A program made the translations under genes and the position numbers. DNA of 64,000 bases from Hypanus sabinus (taxonomy: Eukaryota): assembly GCF_030144855.1 (NCBI RefSeq), contig NW_026779784.1, forward strand, positions 372,001 to 436,000, written 5' to 3'. Below the pieces are notes generated by a model. The model had not been told where the DNA came from and searched no databases. It saw nothing but the letters and a program-made list of their open reading frames with translations. Below, piece after piece: positions 48,751 to 61,979 of this stretch. Numbering within the stretch: position 1 is the stretch's first letter; each line of letters starts with the position of its first letter.

Positions 48751-49376
48751 GCTTCAGTGCCTGATAAGAATTATTCTGGCAGGCCCTTTTGGGTAATACC
48801 GGTGCCATTAAACAGTTCTTGAAGCACCGATTCAATGTCCATATCTCATTTTTTTTCGGGTATATAGAAAAAATCTGAAGCTTTTTTAACGCAGGAAGCG
48901 GCTCACATAAACAATGTATTCAATATCCACGTGTATCTAATGCCAATGTAAAATGCAAGTATAAAACACAGGAGATTCTGCAGTGGCTGGACATACAGAG
49001 ACGCACACACACAAAATGCTGGGGGAGCTCTGCAGTTCAGGTAGTAACTAAGCAGTGGAGTCCACAGTCTAGGCATGCTGAAGAGGCTCGGTCTAAAAGT
49101 TGTTTATTTATTCCTCTCCACAATTGCTGCCTAATCTTTTGATTTCCACCAGTATTTTGCAGAAACTAACAATCTTTTTTCCAAATTTTTCTGATTTTCC
49201 TTTTGTAGCCATATCCTGTTGGTCTGTTTCTTCTCTCTCCTCCTCCTCGTAAACTCCAGACCCATTCTCTCTCTGGAGCCGCAAAGCCTGACTCAGGCTG
49301 GCAACTCTTTGGTTTCTGATTCTGCACCATCGAAGTTTCACTCGCTAGTCTGCTGTCAGACTTTAGAGGTGCATTG

Positions 49377-50075
49377 TGTTACGAGACCGCAGATTCGTTT
49401 ACTGTGAGTGTCGCTTTAAGTGCCTGAGTGAGGCGGGTCTGTGACGTCACACAGGCGCTGCAGCAGAGACAGAGAGACAGAGGGGGGAGGAGAGGGAGGG
49501 GAGAGAGAGAGATAGAGGGAGAGGAAGAGCGGAAGAGTGAGAGAGACTTCAGCTTGTCACTGCTATGCCCAAAAGATTGGGTTGATCATCGGCACGCAGT
49601 GCACAACGGATGTGTGACTGTCACTTCGTATAATCCATATGTGTGGATTTCCCTTACCCGGAATCGGGGTGTTCTGTGGTAACCACTTGAAGACGATATT
49701 CCTGTGACTGTCACCTGGTGATATTTCTAAGTGTATTTCGGAACTAATCAACGGATAAGATCTTCGGCGACTGTTATTTCGTTCACCCAGCGTGGAATGT
49801 GTGTGGAATTCTTCGTAATTGCCTTCTCTCTACATCTTCGTGTGGATTTACAAATCTCTCCTCTCACTCGCTTGTTCCGTAGATTACTGAACTTTTCCAC
49901 TTTACCATCTTAAGACTTTAAGCATTGTTTCCCAATAGTTTGGAATACGTACAACACCGTTAATTGCTGTTTATTTCATTCAATCTTTTAGATTTGGAGT
50001 AGATACTAATGAAGAGAGTGGTTTTAACATCGAAACCAGACTCCGTTAGTGATCTATTGCTGCTGGTACGTAAAA
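49377..50075 (+). mobile_element. Solo LTR with 4-bp TSD ATTG
   Basis: ATTG|TGTTACGAG ... CGTAAAA|ATTG; the paralog at 21220 preserves CGTAACA|ATTG. Confidence 0.8.
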
Positions 50076-50829
50076 ATTGCAACAACCCAGCTGTCTGAGG
50101 CACAGTCCTTTAAAATAGGTGAAAATGACACAAAACATTGAAAAGAGCGGGGAAGAAGGAGTTTAACCAACTTCGTCCGGAGCCCTGAACAACGTCACAA
50201 CCACAGTGAGCTCATCGTCTTGTTCAGCCCGGAGAAAATCATGCAGGAAATTCATGCAGGTGTATAAGATGATGAGAGGCATTGGTCGTGTGGATAGCCA
50301 GGGGCTTTTTTCCCGGGGCAGAAACGGCTAACACGAGGGGGAATAGGTTTAAGCTGCTTGGAAGTAGGTACAGAGGAGATGTCAGAGCTAAGGTTTTAAA
50401 GCAAAGAGTGGTGTTTGTGTGGAATGCATTGCCAGCGATGGTGGCAGAAGCGAATACAATAGAGTATTTTAAGAGTCTCTTAGATAGGTACACGGAGCTT
50501 AGGAAAATAGGTGGCTATGCGGTAGGGTAATTTTAAAGCAGTTTCTAGTGTAAGTTACATGGTCGGCGCAACATTGTGGGCCAAAGCGTCTGTAATGTGT
50601 TGTAGATTTCTATGATTCTCTGAAATTCAAGAGAAATCTCCTATTTCACGGAGCGGTGACTAGTTGTAACCTGTCATCACAGGGAGAGTGAGAGGGGGAA
50701 CGGCAGGGGTAGATTTCAATATACTGATATGGAACAGAAACATGGGCAGGGACCAGATGGACAGAGTGGCCACTCTAGTGTACATTGTGAGTGTGTAAGA
50801 ACCTGAGACACGGGATTTGATACAGAGCT

Positions 50830-51450
50830 GATTTATCTTTCACAGCTCCACAATATTAAACACCAGTCTAGTTTAAGTCTAACATCAGCAGAACAGACTC
50901 CTCCAATGCTCAGTGACCAGGGTTCAGTCCTGGGTGCGATGAGCAGCCGCAAGAACTGCAGAATCTGACAGTAACAGTCGCTCATGAACCTGCAGCTGCC
51001 TTCAGTCACCGTGATGGTTAAACATTTAACACGGAGCTGATTTGAACTTCCTCCCTGATGTGAAGTTGCTGGTGTTGCCGCAGCTGGGATGATTGAGTAA
51101 AACTCTTTGCTCACTCCGGACAGAAATGTGGCCTCTATTTATTGTGAACTCACCGGAGCATCACAAGGTGGGTTCACTGAATGAGTCTCTTCGCACACAC
51201 GGAGCAGGTGAACGGCCGCTTCCCAGCGCGAAGCTGTTGGTGAATCTGCGATGGCCGACTGAATCCCTTCCAAAATGAGATCCAGGGAATGATATCTCAC
51301 TGCTCTGAACGTCATGGCGATGTATCCAATCAGATCACGGACATGGACACGTGCTCGGGCTCTCCTTATCGCGAGTGGGGCGCTGTCTTCTCCAGCATCT
51401 CCGCCTCCACATTCAAGGATCGGCGGCATTCAAGCGCTGGTGAACTGACA
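50830..51450 (-). pseudogene. Degenerate C2H2 zinc-finger relic (paralog of 21950-22560)
   Basis: Decayed GKGFSR / RPFTCSVC motifs on the minus strand. Confidence 0.55.
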
Positions 51451-53084
51451 GATACAGCGGAACTAACGAGCTGTTGTGTTTGTGAGTCCCAGCATGAAAG
51501 TCGTTCAGAGAGAAAAATCAAACTCCCACCCCAACCCCAGCTTAAAAAAAGAATGGCATCCCGATCATCAATCTACAAACCCCACCCCTCTGGACAAAAG
51601 GGAACAATAACATCGACCCCCCCCCCCCAAAGGAAACAACCCTACCCCGCACAACAGCGGAGGAGCCGGTGTCACCAGGGTAGCTGAAATCTGGAACTCA
51701 CTGCCCGAGGTGGTGGTGGAGGCAGGTCCCTTCACAACATTTACGAAGAGGATGAGCATTGAAACTGCCGAGATACAGTCGGCTGTGAACCAAGTGCTGA
51801 TAAATGGGACCAGTGTAGACAGTGAGTGGATGGTCAGAACAGGTATGGCCGGCCAAAGGCCTGTTTCCGTGCTGTGTGATCCACCGCTCCGGACATGGGA
51901 ATTTAACGATGGTGGCACCGCAAGGCATTGATTTCAAAACTCCACACCCCTCTCCAGCCTGAAATAAACCAGACTGCACCCCTTTGTCACCACTGGGAAT
52001 ATCTGTTTCTGTCAAAGTAGCATAGAGATTGGTCACTTCTGCTAAACAACTGGCAACTGATGAAGTTCCTGTGTCTTCTTGCATTAATGTTGCTGCCTTA
52101 CAGCAAAACTAACCCTCTCACTGTGTCAGAATCAGTGATTAAATCAGACCCCAAACACTGTGCTTTCATCCCTGCACGTTATAACTGGAACCATCTCACT
52201 GAGGGTCTGATGGAGACATGGGATCACATCTCCTCTGCTTCTGACGTTTCAAATACTCTCAGAATGGTTTTCTGATTCAGTCTGAAGGTTATGGTACATT
52301 CAGCTCATCGTCAGACCTGACAAACCATGTCTTCCCACAGCTGGTTCCACCTGTTGGTGTGTCCTCTTTCCTCCACCTCCAGGGAAGCTGCATCTCCACA
52401 CAAGCTCCTCACTTGAGACGACTGTCTATACCCGTGACAAAGGAAATAACATCTCTGTCACTCTATTCCAGTTGCTACCACCATAAAAGCATAAAAGCCA
52501 GGACCAACAGGCTCTGGGACAGCTTCTTTCACCAGGCCATCAGACTGATGAACTGACGCTGACTTGAATGTACTCTATATTACATTGTCTGTTTTAATTA
52601 TTATAAACTCTTATAAATTACTATGATTGCACTTTGCACATTTAGATGGAGACATACTCCTCATGAATGTATGAAATAAAGTCAATTCAATTCAATTCCT
52701 GATTCTGTGCCTGACCTGGGTGAATTTTAATGACCAATATATATCGATCAGCTGTCTGAATGATCCCCTGACTCTGAGAGGAAGGGGTATCTTTGGTCCA
52801 CACTGTCAGGGTGTTGAGTTTACCAGGAGACAAAGACTGCAGGGACGAAAGGTTTTCTGTTGACTAATACACTGTGTGTGGACCCCACTGGCAATTCTGG
52901 TGTTGTGACCCGAATCGAGACAAACACCACGCTGCCCACTCCACCAACAACACGGCACAGCCGGACACATAACAGGGGACTTTACATCCCACAACACTGG
53001 ATTCAGTGATGAAACCCGTCATTAATGTTGTTGTCCCACTGAAAAGTCCATTAAGGTGCTTTTAAATGCCAGCGCTCTCCCACA

Positions 53085-53420
53085 GGTGACGTCAGACACA
53101 GTTCACACGCGCCTGACGTCACACATGGGCTCCCCACACCGGGATCTCACGTGCGCGGTGTCTTACGCCACCCACGCGCTGCTGTGCTCGAGCTTTATCG
53201 GTTGAACGGCTGGGCTAATAATCACTTGACCAGCCTCTCCCCCACCGCTGTCAACAGAGGATTCAGGAGCTGCGCTATTCCTATTGGTGCGAAGCGATGT
53301 CAATCACTGGTTACAACCAGTGGCGGAGGCGGACAAGCCGAGTGGGCGTTACCCCGCTGAGTTCGTCTCCAGCTCAAGCGCCGACCGCCTCCTCAGAGCG
53401 GAGAAAACTTCAAAGTAAAT
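53085..53420 (+). promoter_or_regulatory. Paralog of the CRE-rich promoter
   Basis: Both TGACGTCA, one CACGTG and ATTGG are retained; TTACGTCA>TTACGCCA and TCACGTGA>TCACTTGA are mutated. Confidence 0.55.
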
Positions 53421-56325
53421 GTCCGCTTTCTGATTTATTTCCATTTCCCTCCGAGGGAAGTTGGGGCGTTTGTGAAGCGTCTCCTGTGTCCGGAGTCTGA
53501 TGTATCGCTGAGAGGTAGGAGGAGTCGGCCAGTCGGTTCGATGCCGGTTCCCCGGGGAGGGATTTTATTGAAAGGATGAAGATGCTGAGAGAGGGGGCGG
53601 ACAGGATGTTTGTCCCGGTGGGGACAGGAGGGGCTCATCTGTGGAAATGTCTGAGCCCACGGTGGTGTCGAGCAGAGGGATTCACCACATTGGGGGCAAA
53701 CACTGTTGCCCTGCAAGCGGGGCCAATGGTCCGGGCAAAGTGACAATTATTTGTGCTTTGTTGAGACTGTACCTGGAATATGGTTTAAAATCCCGCTCCC
53801 CATACTAACACGGGTTATACAGACCGAAGAACAAACTGCCGGAGGAACTCAGTGGGTCGGGCAGCATCTGTGGAGGGAAATGGACCGTCAACATTTCGGG
53901 CCGAGACCCTCCGTCTGGACTGAGAGTGGACGGGAAATAGTCAGAGAAAAGAGGTGAGGGGTGGGGATGGGGCAAGAGCTGGGGAGTGAGAGGTGGATCC
54001 AGGTGAGGGGGAGGTGGGAAGGTGGAAATAGTGACGGGTGGGAGGTGAGTGGTTGGGGCAACATGGGGCTGCAGAGGATGGAAATTAATTCCATCGAGGA
54101 TGAACAAAGAGGTTAGAGAGTATTTGTTATAGAGAGTGCAATGAAGATTCACCAGACTGATCCCTGGAGTGGTGGGGTCATCATATGAAGAAAGATCAAA
54201 TGTGATAACCCTTTCATTTAGAAAAACGAGGACTGAGAGGTGAACACTGAAATGCACAACATCATTACCGGTTGAATCACGGATCCCAGTCTCTGAAACA
54301 GGGGTGGACTACCCGGGACTGAGATGAGGGGAAATGTCTCCATTCCGAGGGTGGTGAATGTTTATAAATCCCCACCACAGAGGGCGGTGAAGACTCAGTG
54401 ATCGTCCGCACGTAAAGCAGATGTATGGAGACCGAAGGGATCGAGGATATGAGGATCGGGCAGAAACACGTGACTGAGATGGGTGAGCAGCCGCCATCTT
54501 GCTGATGGTTAGAGGGGCTGAATTGCCTCCTGCTGTTTCTCACTTGATGTTTCAGTGTTCCTGTCCAGCAAGGCTCTGGAGGAATGTGAATAGAAATCAG
54601 TGTTTATAAACACAGAACTGATTTAAATGAAACGTGAACATTTCCTTTTTGTGTCTGAGTTATGTTTTGGACCTGGATGGGAATTGAGCCGGTGACTCTG
54701 TGACCTGGAGGTGGAGGGAAAAGTATCGGGGAAGATATGGTGTGGAAAAATAATCATGTATCTGGGGTAAATATGGAATAATGTGGGGAATGCGGTGGAT
54801 GGGTCGGGCAGCATGTGAGGGGCGAGGAGCAGAGTCACCAGTTCAGGAGGGAGACCCTCCACCCGTCACCTGACCCCGTTTCCTGTTCACGTTTTTCTGC
54901 AGATCGGCAGCATCTGCGGGTCACTGCTCTACGTGTCCGTGTAGCTTCATCTTTCACCCGTCCAGACAAGGCAGTGAGATCCGGATCTGTCACGTCCTCT
55001 CGTTGTGGCTGGACAATGCTTTTTTTCTCTGCAATAGTTTCTGCATGTTTCATTCACTATTTTGAGATGCTGAAGTGCAGCCGATCTTTCTGGGTGTCTG
55101 ACCCGTTCATGTGAGAATTTAGCCATTTGCATTTCTCTGAGTTTCTCAAAAATGTGTAAAGTTTAGTTCAGCTTCACTTCAGAATTTCTAAAGCAACACC
55201 CAGTCAGTCAAGTTGCTCCACACAATTAAAATAGCTTATTACATTTTTTTTTCTATTTTTGTACTATATATATAAGTATATTCTTATTTTAAATTACAAT
55301 TGTTAAAATCTATTGTTATGAATTAGGTTCTACTGCTGCCGCAGGGACAACAAATTTCATGTCATATGCCGGTGCTATTAAATCTGATTCTGATATTGAT
55401 ATGGGAGACCCATCACCGGTCACCAGTTCCCAGTTACCGCGGATCGTAATGTGAGATTGAATCCTTTTCCATATATTTGCTTTCCTCAGAAATGACAACA
55501 GTTCAGTTTCCTACTTTGGTTCCAGATCAGAAGCTCAGTCTGTCTAATATTTCCACACAAATGGGGAATTTGTTTATCATCATCATGTACTGATCTACAG
55601 TGAAAATCTTACCTGATGTACCATCCACACAGATCGATACATTACGACGGTACATTGAGCTGATATACAACAAAATAATCACTGTAACAAAGCATTGTGG
55701 CTGCAGGGAAAGTGCAGTGCAGATAGACATATGGTGCAGGGTCACGTCGAGTTACATTGTGAGGTCGAGACCATTTTATCATTCATTTGGATTATGACCA
55801 CAGACAGGAAGCCGTCCTTGAGCCGGGTGGTTCGCGCTTTAAGGCTTTTGTATCTCTTCCCCGATGGGGGAGCGGGTTTGCAGCGAGAATGACCAGGTTA
55901 TGAGGGTCTTTGAGTACATGGCCTGCTTTTCCGAGGGAGGGCAAGTGTAGGAAGAGTCCATGGAGGGGAGGCTTGTTTCTCTGATGTTCTCTGCCCTCCA
56001 AAGTTCTCTGCAGTTCCTTGCAGTCATGGGCAGAGCAGTAGCCAGACAAAGGCGTGAAGTATCGACAAGAAGCTCAGAGACCTTCACACTGCCTTGTGTA
56101 GCTGGATCCTGGACTTCCTGTCAGATCGCCGGCAGGTGGTAAGAGTGGGCTCCATCTCCTCTGTCTCTCTGACCCTCAGCACACATACCCCACAGGGTTG
56201 TCTCTTTGGCCCTCTCCTTTACTCTCTGTGCACCCATGACTTGTGTTGCCACCCACAGCTCCAATCTGCTAATTAAATTTGCTGTCAGCACTACATTGAT
56301 TGGCCTAATCTCAAATACTGATAAC

Positions 56326-58195
56326 AATCGATCAAATGCATCTCTGTCCAAACAAACATTTCACCCTTCTTCAGGAGATTGGTCAGAGGAAGAGCAAAGC
56401 AGCAAAGTTCTTCCAGAAACTTCTCAGCGTCAGAATAGGAACTGAAGAAATTGCCTGGACTTTTGCCCGAACAGGAGCCAACTTGCTTTGACCTACAACA
56501 TAGCCAAGACAGGTCACAGTGGCATGGCGGTCACTCTTAGCCAAGTTAACTGTAAGGCTGGACTGGGAAAGCCTGTCAATTAGCTTTTCTACTGCAGAGA
56601 TATGCTCTTCCCAAGTGGCACTCCTGTGACTAAGTCATCAATATAGGCATCTGTATGTTCTAATCCTCGAATTACAGAATCAAACATTCTCTGGAATGTT
56701 CCTGGATTATTTTTCCTTCCAAAAGGTAAAACATTGTATTCACACAAACCAGATGGTGTCACAAATGCAGAAATTTCTCTACCTCTGTCCATCAATGGAA
56801 CACATCAATATCCTTTCAAAAGATCAATCTTTGTAAGAAATTTAGCTTTTCCAACCTTATCGATGCAATCATCCACCCTAGGGATAGGATAGGCATCTGT
56901 TTTTGTTACTGCATTTACCTTCCTATAATCAGTGCAAAATCTAACACTACCATCAGGTTTGGGCACAATAACACAGGGTGAGCAATCTGCTGCTAAAGGA
57001 CTAATAATACCATTTTCCAGTATATATTCAATTCCATGCTCAGGCAATTTACACTTTTCTGCATTCATGCAATATGGGTGTTGTTTAATTGGTTTGGCTT
57101 GACCATTATCTACATCATGTACTGCAACCGTGGTTTGCTTGGGAACAACGGGGAATACATCTTTAAACTCCAGAATTAATTCCTTCAGCTGTTGTTGTTG
57201 CTTTGGCTGCAACAATGCTTATCAATGTTTTCCAGAACAACCGAGTTCATTAGCCTAACTGGGACCACGTTTGGCTTGTGAAAATTCTCAGATGAGTCAA
57301 TTGTTTCATTCTCAGGGTTACCAGATTCATATGTTTTGACAACAACACTCACAGATGGTGCCTGCTTGTCAAAATAAGGCTTTATCATATTTATGTGTAC
57401 CACCTGTGTTAGTTTACATTGGTCGGGTGTTTTAATAACACAATTCAGATCATTAATTTGAGAGACTATTTTATACGGTCCATTGAGATTCGCCTGAGGT
57501 GGATTTGTCAACATTCTTCAACATAAGGTAAGCACCTTATCCCCACCTGGTATTTTCTTTCGCAAGCCCTCCTATCAAACCAACACTTCATTTTGTTTTG
57601 AGAAATCTTTAAGTTTTGTCTCGCTAGACCTCAGGTGTGGAGTAGTTTATCTTTGATCTTCAAAACATAGTCTAACAAGTTAACATGTACATCCCCATTA
57701 ATCCACTGTTCCTTTAACAAGGTCAAAGTTCCCCTCACTCTACAACCAAATACAAGCTCAAATGGAGTAAATCCTAGTGTTTCCTGTACTGACTCTCTTA
57801 CTGCGAACAAAAGCAAATGTATTCCTTCATTCCAGTCTTTTCCATTTTCAACACAATATGTCTCAATCATGGCTTTGAGGGCAGAAAGAAATCTTTCTAA
57901 AGCCCCTTGTGATTCTGGATGGTATGCAGATGATGTAATTTGTTTAGTTCCCCGTTCATAAACTACCTGCTGGAATAATCCAGATGTAAAATTACTTCCT
58001 TTATCAGACTGGATTTTTTTAGGCAAACCAAATAAAGTAAAAAAACTTGGTAAGACCCTTCACCACAGTTTTAGCTTTAATATTTCTGAGAGGTATTGCC
58101 TCTGGGAATCTGGATGCAGTACACATAATAGTTAGCAGATACGGATGGCCAGCTTTAGTCTTTGGCAAAGGGCCAACACAATCCACTTTAAATTT
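56326..58195 (-). mobile_element. Decayed Gmr1-like Gypsy, copy 3 (IN core then RT only)
   Basis: VDCVGPLPK..QSDKG..ALERF..GPYKI followed by RFCTDYRKVN..IDLLKGY..AYIDD: integrase lies upstream of RT. Confidence 0.85.
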
Positions 58196-59339
58196 TGAAG
58201 AGGACATACCCTCTGGACTGAGAGTGGACGGGAAATAGTCAGAGAAAAGAGGTGAGGGGTCGGGATGGGGCAAGAGCTGGGGATTGAGAGGTGGATCCAG
58301 GCGAGGGGGGAGGTGGGAAGGTGGAAATAGTGACGGGGTGGGAGGTGAGTGTTTGGGGCAACACGGGGCTGCAGAAGATGGAAATTAATTACAAAGAGGT
58401 TAGAGAGTATTTGTTATAGAGAGTGCAATAAAGATTCACCAGACTGATCCCTGAGGTGGTGGGGTCATCATATGGAGAAATATCAAATGATATAACCCTT
58501 TCATTTAGAGAATCGAGGACTGAGAGGTGAACACTGAAATGCACAACATCATTACCGGTTGAAGCAGGGATCCCAGTCTCTGAAAAAGGGGATGGACGGT
58601 CCGGGACTGAAATGAGGGGAAATGTCTCCACTCCGAGGGTGGTAAATGTCTGTAAATCCCCACCACAGAGGGCGGTGGAGACTCAGCGATCATCCTCACA
58701 TAAATCAAAGGCCGGCAGTTGTGTGGAGAGCGAAGGGATCGCGGAAATGAGGATTGGACAGAAACATGTGGCTGAGATGGGACAGCAGCCGCCATCTTGT
58801 TGCTGGTTAGAATGGCCACATCCTGCTGTTTCTCACTTGATGCTTCAGTGTTCCTGTCCAGTGAGGCCTGAGGAATGTGAATAGATATTAGTGTTTATAA
58901 ACATAGATTTATTTAAATGAAACCAGAACAATTCTGTTTTGGAGCAAACATGAGGAAGTCTGCAGATGCTGGAAATGTGAACAACAACACACACAAAATG
59001 CTGGTGGAACACAGCAGGCCAGGCAGCATCTATAGGGAGAAGCCCTGTGGACCATTCGTTCCTGACGTTCCTGCTGTGTTCCTCCTGCATTTTGTGTGGG
59101 CAATTCTGTTTTGCGTCTGAACTGTGTGTTGGACCGGGATGGGAATCGAACCCGTAACCGCGACCCGGGGAGGTGGAGGATCGGACGGGGAGATATATAA
59201 GAAAAATGCAAAACGTATCTGGTGTAAATATGAAATAATGTGGGAAATGCAGCTGTGGGTCGGGCAGCGTGTGAGGGGCGATGAGCGGAGTCACCGGGAC
59301 ACGTGGGAGACCCTCCACCGTCACGTGATCCCGTTTTCC

Positions 59340-59510
59340 CTCGTAGCAGGGTAGTTCCTTTCAGAGGCCCCGCCCACCGCTGTGATGACGCCCTGATGAC
59401 ACTGCGCATGCTCAGTGCTGCAGGGGCGGTGTTTCTCGTTCTTTGTTGAAGTGGGTCGGTGGTCGGATTATTCTCTGCGGAGCGACACCAACGACTTTCC
59501 ATTGGTGAGT
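59340..59510 (+). promoter_or_regulatory. CpG promoter and first exon of a gene running off the right edge
   Basis: CCCGCCC and GGGGCGG GC boxes, TGCGCATGC at ~59404-59412, donor G|GTGAGT at 59504/59505. Confidence 0.55.
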
Positions 59511-61979
59511 GTTGATGCCGGTCCCGAGCTTTAACTTTCCCTTTATCTTAAAAGTCCATTTAAACTTCAGAGTCCCGTTCGCTTTCCCGAACTCAAACAA
59601 GAGAAAATCTGAAGTTGCTGGAAATGCGAGCAACGCGCACAAAATGCCGGAGGAACTCAGCAGGCCGGGCAGAATCCAGGAAAAGAGGACAGTCGACATT
59701 ACCGGCCGAAACCCTTCGGCAGGACTGGAGAATAAAAGGTGGGGGTGGGGAGGGAGAGAGAAACACAAGGTGATCGGTGAAGCCTGAAGGGGGAGGGGAT
59801 GAACTTTCCCGAACTGACGGCCTCGCCTCGCTTCCTTCACAGAATCTGCCGGGGTCGGTCCGGGTTGTGTGTGTTTCATACTGTTCTGGTCACCCCCATT
59901 CTCGGAAGGATGTCGGGGCTTTGGACAGGGCGCAGATGAGGTTTACCAGGACACTGCCTGGATTAGAGGGCATGAGCTATAACGAGAGGCTGGACAAACT
60001 TGTGTTGTTTTCTCCAGAGCGGCGCAGGCTGGGGTGAGACTGGATGGACGTTTAAAGATTACGAGCGGAATACGTAGAATATGCAGACGATATCTTTTTC
60101 CCCAGAGTTCAAATGTCAAAGATAAGGCAGGTTGCAGAAGATGTGAGGGGCAAGTTTGTTTTCCTCACGGAGTCTGCTGGGTCGGTCAGTGGAATTTGCA
60201 CCCTCCGCAATAATCACCCTGCGCGCTCACACAACCCCGGGTGGGGGGTGGTTTATTTTCATCCCGTTCGTTGTTGAAGCGGATCGTCTGCGGGGGAGGG
60301 GTGGTAGAGGGAGGGAACGGGTCCTCGCCTCCTCGGGCTGGAATTCAGATTCCCATCGGTGAGTACTGAGGCCAGTGTCAAGTCTGGTTGTCTGATGTTG
60401 GGCAGTGAGTCCCGGTAACTTCCCGAGCTGTCGGCCATTTACTCAGTTACTGTGTAACACAGCATTTTGTGTGCGGAGGAATTTCTTTAGCCAGAGTGCA
60501 GTGAATTTGTGAAATCAGCAGAGCGAGCTGTGGAGGCCATGTTGGGGGGTATTTAAGAGGGAGATTTTGTAGGTTACGATAAGAAGGCCGTGGAGTGGGG
60601 CTGTGAGGAGGGGAAGAAAAAGATCAGCCGTGATTGAACGCCGGAGCAGATTCGATGGGCCAAGCGGCCTAATTCTGCTCCTGTGTCTTATGGACCCGGT
60701 TTATTGTCGGGGAGACGCACCGACCGGTCACGGTATCCTGCTTTCCGCTCTGATTTCGCCGCAGATCTGCAGCCTGCAGCTTTTTTCCCCGAGGCCCCCC
60801 ACCCCTTCCGGCTGTGATGTGAAAATCACATCGCGCATGCTGAGAGTCCGCGGAATGGCAGTGATTTTTGGCCGACAGAGTACAGTCACCATTTTGTGCT
60901 GCGCAGCACAAGCATCTTTTCCTTTGTTGAGGAAATCTGATATTGCCAATGAGTCCCGTTAACTTCCCAAACTGTCGACTTCACCTCGCTTCCTGGAACT
61001 TCTCAAAAACTTTTTCAGTTCAGATAAGCCGGTTTTAAGCCTGGTGATATGTGCTTCGGGGCTGTTCTACCTTCTCCCTAATTGGGGTGGGTGAGAAAGG
61101 AGAATGTCCCAGGTTGTGGGGATCTTTCATTTTACCGAGAGAGTGGGAAGTCCAGAAAGAGTTCATGTAGAGGAAACTGTTTTCTGTGATGAGCTGATCT
61201 GTGTCCGTAACTCTGCAGTTCCTTGCAGTCACCATACCAAGCCATGAAGTATCCGGATGGAAAATATGCTGTATTGATAACATTTGGTGATGGGCAAAGC
61301 ATACCAAAGTTCTTGTGGTTTGTTCTAGGTTTGTTCCTTTGGGATCTTTTATACAGTAGTATTGTGGTGAACATTTGTTCCATAATGACAGACGAGGTAG
61401 CTCATTAAACTCAGCAGTTTTATTGTGATAAACTTAAAATAGACCAGCCAGCAGGACCCGGAGAGTGAACCTAACCAGTGTCATACAGACAAGGGAGGTA
61501 ATCTTCACACACCCCACTTACAGTTAGGGTGGCCCAGAAATAGACAAGCAAAAACTGTACAATCCAAGCTAAAAGGTAACAATAAATGAACTGGAACATA
61601 CCATCATAACCCCACAAAAGCATTTTCACACAAGAACAATAAACAGAGCTGTTTGGATTTGGGTATTTGATCCTCCACAATATTCCACGTGCGATTTTAA
61701 AATGGATGTGGCAGTGTTTTTTTAAAAGGTCGAGTTGCAAGATCGACAGCAACCTGGCATGGATGGAGTGCACACTTGGGAGTGGTCCGTCACTGGATCG
61801 AGCTCAGACCCTCCGTTCGCGAGCCGGGAGCTGATACTGCACCATCAGCCGACTCCACAAATGTAGGTGTGGGCTGTCGACCAGACCCTCCTCTCCTCCC
61901 CCCATCCCCCTCCTCTGAGAGTGTCACAGTATGTATCATTAATTCCGTATCTGTGTATTGCTAGAGGACCATCAGTGAT

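Larger units (their letters stand above)
25115..51680. repeat. Segmental duplication module, copy 2 (expanded by later insertions)
   Basis: Same order as copy 1: Rex1, Gmr1, LTR, ZNF, CR1, promoter, solo LTR, ZNF relic. Confidence 0.85.
52715..59335. repeat. Segmental duplication module, copy 3 (partial; lacks LTR and ZNF; 58210-59335 re-duplicates the ~6050-7020 block)
   Basis: Collinear with 4855-10390, then jumps to an older copy of the Penelope/CR1 block. Confidence 0.85.

Noticed and set aside
58909-59502. 197-aa minus-strand ORF
   Set aside because: Spans promoter, duplicated block and a Penelope tail; no domain; not conserved in paralogous blocks.
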